64,000 nucleotides of DNA from Amoebophrya sp. A120. Taxonomy: Eukaryota > Protista > Dinoflagellata. How positions within the stretch are numbered: position 1 is the stretch's first letter; each line of letters starts with the position of its first letter. Shown piece after piece: positions 1-9,618 of this stretch. A program made the translations under genes and the position numbers. The notes under the pieces were generated by a model. It did not search any database. It worked only from the letters and a program-made list of their open reading frames with translations, and was not told the origin of the DNA. The stretch is from the NCBI GenBank assembly GCA_905178155.1, contig CAJINV010000003.1, positions 5,919,985 to 5,983,984 on the forward strand, written 5' to 3'.

Positions 1-1541
1 GTTGTTTTTGGAAAGACGGGCTTCGATTGTCGTAAAAGTGGTTGCGAACAGCATGGAAAATGTGGTAAAAAGAGTAAGAAAACATTCGATCTCAAAATTT
101 AGCTTTACATCTAGAGAAATCTATAGCGTTGGTTGAATCTATAGCGTTTTTATTAAACACGGTTGAAACAATTGCACCGTGCCCACGGCGTGTGGGAGTC
201 CTCGTTTGGACCTTTTTCTGAGAGAACTGAGAGCCGGGAATTTTTTGAAACTCCATCACAAAGCATGATGGTTGTCCAACTCCGCGTTCTCTCTTGGTCG
301 TCTCCGTGTTGAAGTCCCTTCGGCACCAGTTTATTGCTGTCATCGGGTTTGCAGCTTCCACCCGAACCCGCTTCACCCACTGGCTTTGGACAGCTTCCGA
401 GTGCAGCCATCTTCTTGGGATCCAGCCAGCAGCGCGACAAAAGGAAACAACCAGTGACCCAGAGCAGGCCGACATAGTCTGGGTAACCACAAGAAGGAAG
501 CCCGGGGTCTGTTACTGGTGATTTTGCTTTTTGCAGTTGTCGCGAGCGATCTGCTGCGTGGGAGGGTCGCCAGTTCTGGAAAGTGATACGACGGTGACAC
601 GACCACCGTGCCACCGGAGGATAACTCGCTGCTCTAGCCCTCCGGCCGGGCCCTGGAAGTAGAGACTACCTGCTGCTGCCGACGAACGGCGTTTGCCGTC
701 CCCCCCACTGGCCGGAAGACGCTAAAAGACAATAAGGATCCGGCGTCCCGCGTAGCAAGTGAACCGATCCCGACCGTCATAGTCCAGGGGTCCCCGACAA
801 AGGCTCCTGGGGTCGGGATTCGGCGATTTAAGACTACGCAAGCCCGGTCCTTGTTCGTCTCCAGCCAGGAGCGGACAGTGGAATTATCCTCTTACAAAGA
901 GGATTTTTACTAGCCCGGAACCGCGTGCCGTCGTGTCTGAAGACGAACAACCGTCCCGGAGGAGCGGAATCTGTGCAGGGCCAGCTCGTAGCTTAACCCT
1001 CTAGATCCTGCAGTACTATCGTGCTGAACTGCCGGGCACCTGCGTCGCCACCGTGCCCCACATTTCCACCGGAGGCCCAAACCGGTGGCGAAGACGACAC
1101 TTACCGTTCCCTCCGCTGTCCAGAAGACAATAAAATACAGCAACAGTTCCGAGGAAGGAGCAGCAGCGAAACGAAGAGGCGTGACCACCCGACGCACATC
1201 CACCCTTGCCGTCCTCCTGCCATAGCTGGTCGTCATAGTCCGTGCGGCCCCGACAAGGACGCTCGGGATCAGCGGGCTGGAGTACGCGCTACTGTCTTGA
1301 AGATCGAGGTGGTGAGCCGTAGTCGTGTGTGTTCACACTTTCTAGTCTCGTGCAGAACCCCCAAACAAAAAGATCCCAAAAAAGTAAAAGACGGCATCAG
1401 GGACAGTATACAGCTAGCCGCAAAAACAAAAGACCTCAAAAAAGTAAAAGAGTGGCAAGAGGCAACACAGAAATAGCCACCGGGGGTTCTGCTTTTCTCC
1501 GTTTTTCCTTTGCCAATATTGTCGCTGCGTCTCGCGATGAT

Positions 1542-2234
1542 ATGCTGCGCCGCCGGAGCCCGACAGCGATAGAGGAGCTCCTGCGGACAGGTGTGATCAC
1601 AGAACGCGAGGCGAAGGAATACCGCGAGAACACGGAGGAAACGAAGCAGCACCTAACCAGCCTGCACCACCTCCCGCTCCTCATCCCCTTCACAAGCAAC
1701 TATACCGCGTTGATAAAGGTTGAACGCGACCACGACAACCTAGCGCAGGAAACAGAGGAGAGACGCGGGTGGCTCCGGTCCAAGGAGACATCACAGCAGC
1801 ACTTCGCAGCGTCCCGAGGGGATTTCGCGCTCTTTGTCTACGAGTACTGCCCCTGCAACCTCATCGTGGAACTGACGAGGAACAGAGCGCCCGCTCAGGC
1901 CCTTGCCACGACAGAGTCACTACCGCTGTCAGTGCGCGACCTCTTGTGCTCCACCCAGCACGACAGTAGCGCGTTTCTGCAGGTTGAGCGGGTTGCCTAC
2001 GGCCAGTACAGCCTGGGCATCGTATACGACCCTTTCGGCGGCGACCCGGGCATTACGCTGCTCATCGAAAGGATCGAGGAGAAGGTCGCTCGGGACCTCG
2101 CTGAGTGGACACGAGCGGCGGAGGACCACAACGCGACGCTACTTCAGGAGCTCCACGCCTTGCGAAGGCTGAAGAGGGTGGGGGACACCGGGGGGACGCC
2201 GGACGTCGGGACTCCTGCAGGGGACGGCGAGTAA
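1542..2234 (+). CDS. LINE upstream ORF (ORF1-like), helical protein of unknown function
   Basis: Open frame 1329-2234 with first ATG at 1542 (MLRRRSPTAIEELL...). It lies inside the TSD-bounded element on the element's sense strand. No recognisable motif. Confidence 0.55.
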   Translation: MLRRRSPTAIEELLRTGVITEREAKEYRENTEETKQHLTSLHHLPLLIPFTSNYTALIKVERDHDNLAQETEERRGWLRSKETSQQHFAASRGDFALFVYEYCPCNLIVELTRNRAPAQALATTESLPLSVRDLLCSTQHDSSAFLQVERVAYGQYSLGIVYDPFGGDPGITLLIERIEEKVARDLAEWTRAAEDHNATLLQELHALRRLKRVGDTGGTPDVGTPAGDGE

Positions 2235-2517
2235 AGTAGAGCTGTCGCGCACCCCGCAGAGCCGTTTCGCCCCGCCGCGAATTTAGTGTCCCAATCCCGC
2301 CGGGCTAAAACTGCGCTTTCGGAGAAACGGGGACCCGAGATTCCCAGAAACCGCGGCTACAGCTCGGCGGGTTAAGGACTTCTTTTCTCCAAAATCCAAA
2401 CAACGACGTGAATCGCTACTCGGAAGCGGCGACTTTTCCTCCTTAGAGTAGTGCAGCGCAGAGGTCCGCCAGAATCAACCGGAACCTGCTGTGAACAAGC
2501 GGCTGCAGAAACGCGGC

Positions 2518-5500
2518 ATGTTCGGCACGGGAGGCAATCCGGAAGGCCAGTTCCGGTACCAGCAGTGGCCAACAGGCCCACAACAGCGGACCAACAACGT
2601 CGTGCAGCAAAACCCCCCGCAGCAAGGATGGGCGCAGCAAAATACACTACAGCAAACAAACCATGTGCAGCCACAGAGCGTCCAACCTCCCGCGCCAAAC
2701 TATGGGGGGCCGGCTTTGGGGCAGGGAGCCACTCCTCTTCCGACAGTAAACGACTACCTCGTATTACACTCGATGCAGGGAGCCGCAGGTGGAGGGCCGA
2801 CAGGATACCAGACCGCATTCCCAGTCGGGCAGCAGGGCGGCCTCCCGCGATCGGGTGATAGTCTCGGGGCACAGTCAGGCAACTTCTCCGCGCCTGCGTT
2901 TGGCAGTGCCTTCAACCGGCAGCAAGGTGGCGGTGCACATACGATGCTGCCGCCGGCACAGCCGGCGCCAACGCAGCAGACGTCTTTTAGTTTCCAAGAC
3001 GTGCAGAGACTACTCGCAGCACAACAGCAACAGCTGCAGCTCCAGCCGGCCGGAGCACAGACCGGGCAAGCGGTGACGCCGGCCACACAGGGTGTGAACC
3101 CAGCGGGAGATGCGACAGGACTCCTGGGGGCCATGACGCAGCACCACCAAGACGTGCGGCATCTGCTGGGGCAGCTGCAAGGGCGAGAGATCGCCGTTCC
3201 ACTGATAACGAGGAACGCTCTTACCGGAGAGCAGACCGGCTCGGAGCAGCTCGTAGCTTTGTCAGAGGAGATGCGGGAGGTCCGCAAGGTACTGGAGTCC
3301 ATGGCGCACAGCCAAAACGCGGCGGCCCACCAGCAACCCCCGAAGCCCGTCACGGAGGCAGAAGCCAGTGGTAGTACTGGTAAACAACAGCAGCAACTGC
3401 TGCAGCAACTGCAGCAGCAACTGCAAATGCAACAGCAACAGCAACTGCAGCAGCAACAGCAAACGCACCAGCAGCAGCAAACGCACCAGCAACAGCAACT
3501 GCAGCAGCAACAGCAGACGCACCAGCAGCAGCAAACGCACCAGCAACAGCAACTGCAGCAGCAACAGCAGCAGCCTCATCACCAACACTCCGACCAGATT
3601 ATCAGCACCCCGACAGCAACACCACCAACCCAAAGCACCTACAACGCGATCCCGCCGGGCGGTGGCATTGTCATCCCGCAAAGACCCCTCCCTGTTGGCG
3701 CCCCGGCAGAAGCGGCCCTGCCCAGGACAGGCGAGGTACGGGCGGGCACACAGCAGTCGCGAGCGACAGAACGCGGAGCTCGCGAGGAGGCCGCCTACAC
3801 ACGACCGGGGGCGCAAGGACCTGCGCCAAACGCCGGCGGCACCGGTACGATAGGGGTACATCAGCAGGGTGCGTGCTACCCCCACCAGGAAATGGACCTC
3901 GTGACGGTCCTGACCCTCATCCTGGAAGAGCAGTTCCGCCGGGTCTTCCGGGCCCTACAGAGCCACGGCCTGCTGGCGCTTGTCGTTGTCGCCGTCGGAA
4001 TAGCGGTGCAAATAAACTCGCACTACATGGCCAACCCGGGAGCTTCGATGATGATTGGGGGACACGCGGGGGCGGAGCTGGAGGAAGAGACGGTCGTCTC
4101 GGGCCAGATCCCGGGGCACCTTTACCTCGACCGGGAGGGAGAATACGGAAGCCCAGCGCTGCGCCGGGTCTTCCCGGACCTAAGAACGGGACCGGAGCCC
4201 AGTGCTGCTGCTTTCCACCATGGGCGGTGGCACCCAGACCCGTCGGTGCTGTCGCCGCTAGGCGCCGTCGCGATAGTAGTGTGCACGGGCACGGCGCTGG
4301 GGGTGGTATACGTCGTCGCAGACGCATGCCGGCGCGCCTGCTCGAACAGAACGCCGCCTCCAGGATGGGGCGCCGATGTAGCAGCGACTCCGATCCAACA
4401 CGCGTGTCCCCAGGCCCACGCAAATACCCCCGCCTCACACCAAGAATTGGTGACGCAGCGCGACCTGCTTCCTGGACACAGCAGCCGACAAGTAGGGGGC
4501 GCAATAACACAAATCCAGCAGGCCCCCCCTGCCCTTCCTGCACATGATGAAACAGCAGCGGCGAATCATCAGGATGGCAACACAGCAGCGGCGAGGGAGC
4601 CTGCTCTCCCGCGGGTCCGGCAGGAGCAGGAGGTCCAGCCAGAACAGACTCCTCCTGGCCTGGGGCGTGCTGCCGGGACGCAGGCCGCAAGCGGACCTGC
4701 GCAGGGGGAAGCCCTGCAACACATCTCCAACTCCGGAACAAGAGCAATGCTTGCAGCGGCGCACCCGACAGCAGAGCAACAGAGGCTCCTACGGCAGCCG
4801 CCCGGGCTGGAAGGCAGCGACGCCAGTGGCGTTGCAGCCCCTGTACTACAAGCGGATCAACTAAATCGCGTGCAAGGGGGTGGGAGTAGTAGCAGTAACA
4901 CAGGGCGCGCCAGTGTTGGCCTTGACGGGGACGAAGACCCGGAAGAAGCTGCGCGTGCGGTCGAAGGCGTTGTGTCGGTCCAGGACCTCCCACACTACCA
5001 GAACACCGAGTTCTGCGTTGTAGTCGGCCTGGGGGACACGCTAAAACAAGCAGCAGCAACACGGCGCTACTACTGCTCGCACTGCACGTACAGCCGCGGG
5101 TACGCGGGTAGGGTCCAGGGCTTCAGCGAGCACATCGCAAAGGCGCACAAGAAGTGCACCACCTTCCTCTTACCCGAGTGTAGCCGGGGGAAGGAGGTCA
5201 AGTACTACACCCGCCACGTGGTCGGGCCGGCCAAGGGCGCAGCGAAAAGCGAGGAAGAGCAGTACGGTGTCAAGCACCCAGTCGTGCAAGGGGCTGTGCG
5301 GGTCGCGCAGTGGAACTGCCAGTCGCTCAACCAAAGCGACGAAGCGGCGGCTTCTGTTAAGGGGGCGGCGCTGCGCCAGCTGCTTGAGGAGCACGAGGTG
5401 GACTTGTGCCACCTCCAGGAAACCTGGCGCGGTGAAGAGTTCCTCCGCGAGTTTCTCCAGCGCCACGTCCCGGGCTGGGAGGTGCTTGAAGTCTGTGAGT

Positions 5501-6192
5501 CCGAAGGCAGCGGGGGAGGGGCTGCCAGCATCGTACGAGAGGGGCGAGTAGGTGTCGTGAAGTCAGACCCGGACTTCCGCATTGTCGCGGAGGGCGGGAA
5601 GAACGTTGCCTCCACCTGCGCCACCCTGTTCAACCTCGACACGGGCAAGGAGTGGGGCGTAAGCGCGAACGTCTACACTCCTCCGGGAATCCCCGCCCTA
5701 CCGGCAATCAACATGCCGCCGGGGAAGGAGATTGCAATTTCCTGGGACGCGAACCACACACAGGAGCCGCGGGCGACCCAGGTGAAGACCTGGGCAACTG
5801 CGCAGGCGCTGGAGTTCTACACCACCCCGCTGCCGACCCGGCCTGCGTCGAAGACCTCGCCGGACGTAGTGTTGCTGACCGGAGGACTACTCGCCCGGGC
5901 TGCCGAACTACAGCCGCAGGGGCCAGCAGTGTGCCTCGTCGGCGGCGACCATGCGGCCCTGGTCTTCGACTTGGTGGAGCCACGTGCCGATCAGCGTCCG
6001 GGGAAGCAGAACTTCACCGCCAGCAACACAGCAAAAGACGACGCCGGGGGAGGAGGGGCGGGACGAGGCCGCGCTACTGGCTCGGGGCAGAAGGCTGACC
6101 AAGGCCTCCGGGGCACACAGGACGCCGGTTCCGAAACACAGGGAGCAGGAGGAGGGGGTGGGAAAGTAAATCTCACCGGGAGGCTAAAGTAG
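2518..6192 (+). CDS. LINE polyprotein, N-terminal part: Q-rich region, two hydrophobic segments, C2H2-like finger, APE/EEP endonuclease
   Basis: ATG at 2518. CSHC...HIAKAH finger. EEP motifs at ~5299-5975: RVAQWNCQSL, HLQET, GGGAASIV, NVYTPP, WDAN (GDFN equivalent), SPDVVL, GDH. Ends at TAG 6190-6192. Confidence 0.85.
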   Translation: MFGTGGNPEGQFRYQQWPTGPQQRTNNVVQQNPPQQGWAQQNTLQQTNHVQPQSVQPPAPNYGGPALGQGATPLPTVNDYLVLHSMQGAAGGGPTGYQTAFPVGQQGGLPRSGDSLGAQSGNFSAPAFGSAFNRQQGGGAHTMLPPAQPAPTQQTSFSFQDVQRLLAAQQQQLQLQPAGAQTGQAVTPATQGVNPAGDATGLLGAMTQHHQDVRHLLGQLQGREIAVPLITRNALTGEQTGSEQLVALSEEMREVRKVLESMAHSQNAAAHQQPPKPVTEAEASGSTGKQQQQLLQQLQQQLQMQQQQQLQQQQQTHQQQQTHQQQQLQQQQQTHQQQQTHQQQQLQQQQQQPHHQHSDQIISTPTATPPTQSTYNAIPPGGGIVIPQRPLPVGAPAEAALPRTGEVRAGTQQSRATERGAREEAAYTRPGAQGPAPNAGGTGTIGVHQQGACYPHQEMDLVTVLTLILEEQFRRVFRALQSHGLLALVVVAVGIAVQINSHYMANPGASMMIGGHAGAELEEETVVSGQIPGHLYLDREGEYGSPALRRVFPDLRTGPEPSAAAFHHGRWHPDPSVLSPLGAVAIVVCTGTALGVVYVVADACRRACSNRTPPPGWGADVAATPIQHACPQAHANTPASHQELVTQRDLLPGHSSRQVGGAITQIQQAPPALPAHDETAAANHQDGNTAAAREPALPRVRQEQEVQPEQTPPGLGRAAGTQAASGPAQGEALQHISNSGTRAMLAAAHPTAEQQRLLRQPPGLEGSDASGVAAPVLQADQLNRVQGGGSSSSNTGRASVGLDGDEDPEEAARAVEGVVSVQDLPHYQNTEFCVVVGLGDTLKQAAATRRYYCSHCTYSRGYAGRVQGFSEHIAKAHKKCTTFLLPECSRGKEVKYYTRHVVGPAKGAAKSEEEQYGVKHPVVQGAVRVAQWNCQSLNQSDEAAASVKGAALRQLLEEHEVDLCHLQETWRGEEFLREFLQRHVPGWEVLEVCESEGSGGGAASIVREGRVGVVKSDPDFRIVAEGGKNVASTCATLFNLDTGKEWGVSANVYTPPGIPALPAINMPPGKEIAISWDANHTQEPRATQVKTWATAQALEFYTTPLPTRPASKTSPDVVLLTGGLLARAAELQPQGPAVCLVGGDHAALVFDLVEPRADQRPGKQNFTASNTAKDDAGGGGAGRGRATGSGQKADQGLRGTQDAGSETQGAGGGGGKVNLTGRLK
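3385..3572 (+). repeat. CAG/CAA poly-glutamine repeat with a higher-order QQQQLQQQQQTHQQQQTH unit
   Basis: Visible (CAG/CAA)n tract inside the LINE ORF. Confidence 0.9.
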
Positions 6193-9100
6193 GTTCTTCG
6201 CAAGGAGAAGTTCGAGCGCCTTCGGGCCCAGCGCGCGAACAAGCACAGCGCGGACGCGCAGAGTAGCACAGGGGAGAAACGACTGCCGGTCTTGCCGGGG
6301 CTGGGTTTGCTAGTTGCCGCAGTCTCCGGGCTGGCACCGGTAGTCCCCTCATTTGGCGGCCCCACACCGGTCCCGACACCAAGCACAGAAACGCCATCTG
6401 CGCCGGCCCCCGGGGCGGTCGCGACCCTCCCGACGGACCCCACGGCAGCTCCGTGGATCCCGGACTTCTGGCAGGAACCACTCCCCACAACGACGAGGCG
6501 CACGCGACTGAACTTCAACCGGGCGGACTGGGACTTGTACCGCGCAGACATGCGCACCTTCCTCCGGGACCACCCGGCACCACTGTCGGTCGAGGCCAAG
6601 TTCGCACACATCCGCGCTGCGATACAAGCCGCCGCGCACAGGTCCATCCCACGCAGCAATGTCACGAGAAAGAGACACAGGCAGCCGCGGTGGCAAACAG
6701 GCACGGAGCTAGACCTCGCACTGAAAGAGCGGGGAGAGTGCATGAAGCGCGTGGCCTTCGCACCGCCGGCGGAGCGACTGTTCTGGCGCACCGCGTTACG
6801 GCGCGCGACGGCGCGTGTAGCAAGTGCCGAGGCCAGCAGGAGGGACGACGAGTTCGGGCAAAAGCTCGAGCAAGCGGAGCAGACAACCAGTGGGGCCTTC
6901 CGGCTTTTGCGGGAACTAGAAGGGCGGCCGCCGCCGAAACAGCAGACCACCGCGCTGCGATACGCGGGGAAGCTGGTGTTCAAAAAGCTCGCATGTGTCT
7001 TGGCGCATTTCTATGGGTCCCACCCGGTGTTGGACCCCGGGGCCGAGCGAGTGGCCTGGGACCAATACCAGCACACACTAGCGGAAGAGCTAGCGCCGAG
7101 CACAGCGCTGTGCTTGGAGCTGGACGACGTGGAGTTCGCTTTGCGGGGACAAAAGCCGGGCGGGGCTCCCGGGCCAGACAGCATCCACGGGGTGCTGCTG
7201 AAAAACCTCCCGCAACAGGGCAAGCAGCTCTTGCGCGCAACCTTCGAGCAAGGGGTCACCGAAGGCGTGACGCCGGAGGTAATGCGGCTAGAAGTCTGTG
7301 TACCAGTACCAAAGCCCGGCCGTGCCGCGGACCTTCCCAAATCCCTCCGGCCGGTGGCCTTGACGTCGTGCTTGGGGAAAGTCTGGGAACGCACAGTACT
7401 GCGGCGCCTGCGGCTAACCTTCCAGGCGGAGGGGGCCCCGTTGTACAGCAAGAACCAGTACGGGGACACACCCGCAAGAAGCGCGACGGACCACACGGCA
7501 ACGCTGGGGGCCCTGGCCTCCGACACCCTGCGCAAGAACCGCCGCAGGGCGACGTGCTTCTTGGACCTGAGCTCGGCCTTTGAGCGCGTGTGCCCGCCGC
7601 TGTTCCTCAACGGACTACTGGAGCGGCGGCACGAGTTTAAAAACCCGGCACGAAAACAGGAGTTCCTGCTGCTCACGCGGTGGATCTGCTCCTTCGTCAC
7701 CAACCGACGCCGGGTGGTGAGGTTCAACAACGAGACCTCCCAGGCCGTCCCGCTGCGCCAGGGGGTCCCGCAGGGCACGTGCCTCGGGCCGCTGGTCTGG
7801 TGCAGTTTCGCCGACGTACTGCTCCGAGAGCTGCAGAAGAAGTGCCCGAGGGTGCAAGTCCTCGCGTACGTGGACGACTTGGCGCTCACACTGGAGTACG
7901 GCCCCGGGGAAACAGGGGAAGCACAGAAACTCCTCCAGGCTGCCCTGGACGTGGTCGCCGACTTCTGCAGCCGGAGCAATATGGAGCTTTCCCCCGGGAA
8001 GTGTTCGTATATCGTCTTCCAGAACGAGTTTGCATGCGACTTGGATGAGCTCGCCCTGCACCACGACGGGGAGAGGCTCGTCTACGACCCCTACCCACGC
8101 TTTCTCGGTGTGTGGTTTGATCGCAAGTTGACATTCTGTCGGCACTTTGCAGTCATATCCGAAACCCTGACCAAGAGGATGGCGGCGGTGCGCATCCTCT
8201 CGCGTGCGTTGGGCGCCGGGTCGAAGTCCGTCCGGGCTTTTTACCAGTTATTCTGCGAAAGCGTCCTCACGTATGGGCTAACAACATACTGGAACGGGCT
8301 CGGGGCGAAGGAAGCGGCCGCCCTGAACAGTTTCCAGCTGGTGGGGGCCAAAGAAGTGCTGGGCTTTCCGAAGTTCAGACAGGTGAACCGCGCCTGCGCA
8401 CTTATGACGGCCGGCCTGTTGTCGCTCCCAGAGCTCTACCAAGTGGAAAGCACGGCGCTCACGGCCCGCGCTTTCTCACGCCCGCCCGGGGACGCGCTGC
8501 GGGAGGTCGCGAACACCTCGAGCGTAGACTGGCTAGAAACCGGCTTGCAAGTGATCGACGAATCAAACGTCGCGGCCTCGTCCGTTCTCCCCGAGATCGG
8601 CGCGAAGGCAGGGCGGGGGTGGTCCGTCCTCCACGAGGCTGAGGAGCAGGGCCGCTTCGAGGCGACGTGGAGAAACGAAGGCACGCCGGCGCTGGTAGAC
8701 ACCCTCCGGGAGTCCAGCCTGGTGCTGTATTGTGACGGGTCGGTCAAAGACTTTGCCGGGTCTTGTGGCGTCTTTCTGCATGGGTTCGGCATCCAGTGTG
8801 GGGCGGCGTGGCCCATCGGGCTCCACACGGATTCGTACGAAACCGAACGCATGGCGCTCATCGCAGCCTTCCGAGCGGTGGCACGCCACGCGCTGAAAAG
8901 CGAGCAGGTGACGATCTGCACGGACAGCCAGTCCAACGTGCGGGCGTTGCTCAGTCCGAGACTGCGGGACGACCTGGACACCGAGGTCTACACGGCAGCA
9001 GCGGACGCGCTGCAAAGCTGCGCCAAGCTGGTCGTCCGATATGTGCCAGGGCACTCCGGCATCGCGGGGAACGTGGTCGCCGACCACCTCGCGGGGTACG

Positions 9101-9618
9101 CCAACCGCAGCGACCTGCAGGAAGAGGGCGAGCCGATCACGCACAAGCAGTTCAAAACGGAGGCCCGCCGCTACGTGCGGAACGAAGCCCGCCGGAACCT
9201 GGCCGAACGGCAACGGGACGAAAAGACAAAGAGCAAAACAGCGCAAACGCTCCAGGAAACAGGGGGCTGGGGGCGTGATCTGGTGACCGACGCCGGCGGC
9301 CGCGTTGGCCAGACCATGTATTACGCCCTGCGCTTTGGGTTGTTGGCGGCGCAACCGAGTGGGGAAGACCTCGACTGTGCTCTATGTGGACAGGGGAAGG
9401 CGACGACGGCGCACTTCGTGCACGAGTGTCCGATCACGCAGCCCTTCTTCCGCTCCTGGGACCTCGGGCACATGGAAGAGTGCCGCGACAAACCGAACCA
9501 AGTCGCGAGGGCCCTGGCGGAAGCCAATGCAACCCTTGCACCACTCACCGGCCCCTTCCCAGCAATCCGGCACCAGTGGTGGTCTGACGCACGCGGCCGC
9601 AACGCGGTTGATGAGTGA
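6193..9618 (+). CDS. LINE polyprotein, C-terminal part: reverse transcriptase, RNase H, CCHC zinc knuckle
   Basis: Same frame as the upstream ORF and open directly after its TAG. RT motifs: PGPDSI, PKPGR, LRPVALTSCLGKVWE, FLDLSSAFE, GVPQG, YVDD (7867-7878), FLGV. RNase H motifs: YCDGS, TDSQS, VPGHSGIAGNVVADHLA. Knuckle CALC...HFVHEC. Confidence 0.95.
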   Translation, partial: VLRKEKFERLRAQRANKHSADAQSSTGEKRLPVLPGLGLLVAAVSGLAPVVPSFGGPTPVPTPSTETPSAPAPGAVATLPTDPTAAPWIPDFWQEPLPTTTRRTRLNFNRADWDLYRADMRTFLRDHPAPLSVEAKFAHIRAAIQAAAHRSIPRSNVTRKRHRQPRWQTGTELDLALKERGECMKRVAFAPPAERLFWRTALRRATARVASAEASRRDDEFGQKLEQAEQTTSGAFRLLRELEGRPPPKQQTTALRYAGKLVFKKLACVLAHFYGSHPVLDPGAERVAWDQYQHTLAEELAPSTALCLELDDVEFALRGQKPGGAPGPDSIHGVLLKNLPQQGKQLLRATFEQGVTEGVTPEVMRLEVCVPVPKPGRAADLPKSLRPVALTSCLGKVWERTVLRRLRLTFQAEGAPLYSKNQYGDTPARSATDHTATLGALASDTLRKNRRRATCFLDLSSAFERVCPPLFLNGLLERRHEFKNPARKQEFLLLTRWICSFVTNRRRVVRFNNETSQAVPLRQGVPQGTCLGPLVWCSFADVLLRELQKKCPRVQVLAYVDDLALTLEYGPGETGEAQKLLQAALDVVADFCSRSNMELSPGKCSYIVFQNEFACDLDELALHHDGERLVYDPYPRFLGVWFDRKLTFCRHFAVISETLTKRMAAVRILSRALGAGSKSVRAFYQLFCESVLTYGLTTYWNGLGAKEAAALNSFQLVGAKEVLGFPKFRQVNRACALMTAGLLSLPELYQVESTALTARAFSRPPGDALREVANTSSVDWLETGLQVIDESNVAASSVLPEIGAKAGRGWSVLHEAEEQGRFEATWRNEGTPALVDTLRESSLVLYCDGSVKDFAGSCGVFLHGFGIQCGAAWPIGLHTDSYETERMALIAAFRAVARHALKSEQVTICTDSQSNVRALLSPRLRDDLDTEVYTAAADALQSCAKLVVRYVPGHSGIAGNVVADHLAGYANRSDLQEEGEPITHKQFKTEARRYVRNEARRNLAERQRDEKTKSKTAQTLQETGGWGRDLVTDAGGRVGQTMYYALRFGLLAAQPSGEDLDCALCGQGKATTAHFVHECPITQPFFRSWDLGHMEECRDKPNQVARALAEANATLAPLTGPFPAIRHQWWSDARGRNAVDE

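Noticed and set aside
150-4100. 2A peptide or HDV-like ribozyme as in L1Tc/Ingi elements
   Set aside because: No DxExNPGP motif is present (only NPEG and NPGA). A ribozyme fold cannot be supported by eye.
3262-9354. Long antisense and alternate-frame ORFs over the LINE
   Set aside because: These are shadow ORFs of GC-rich coding sequence.
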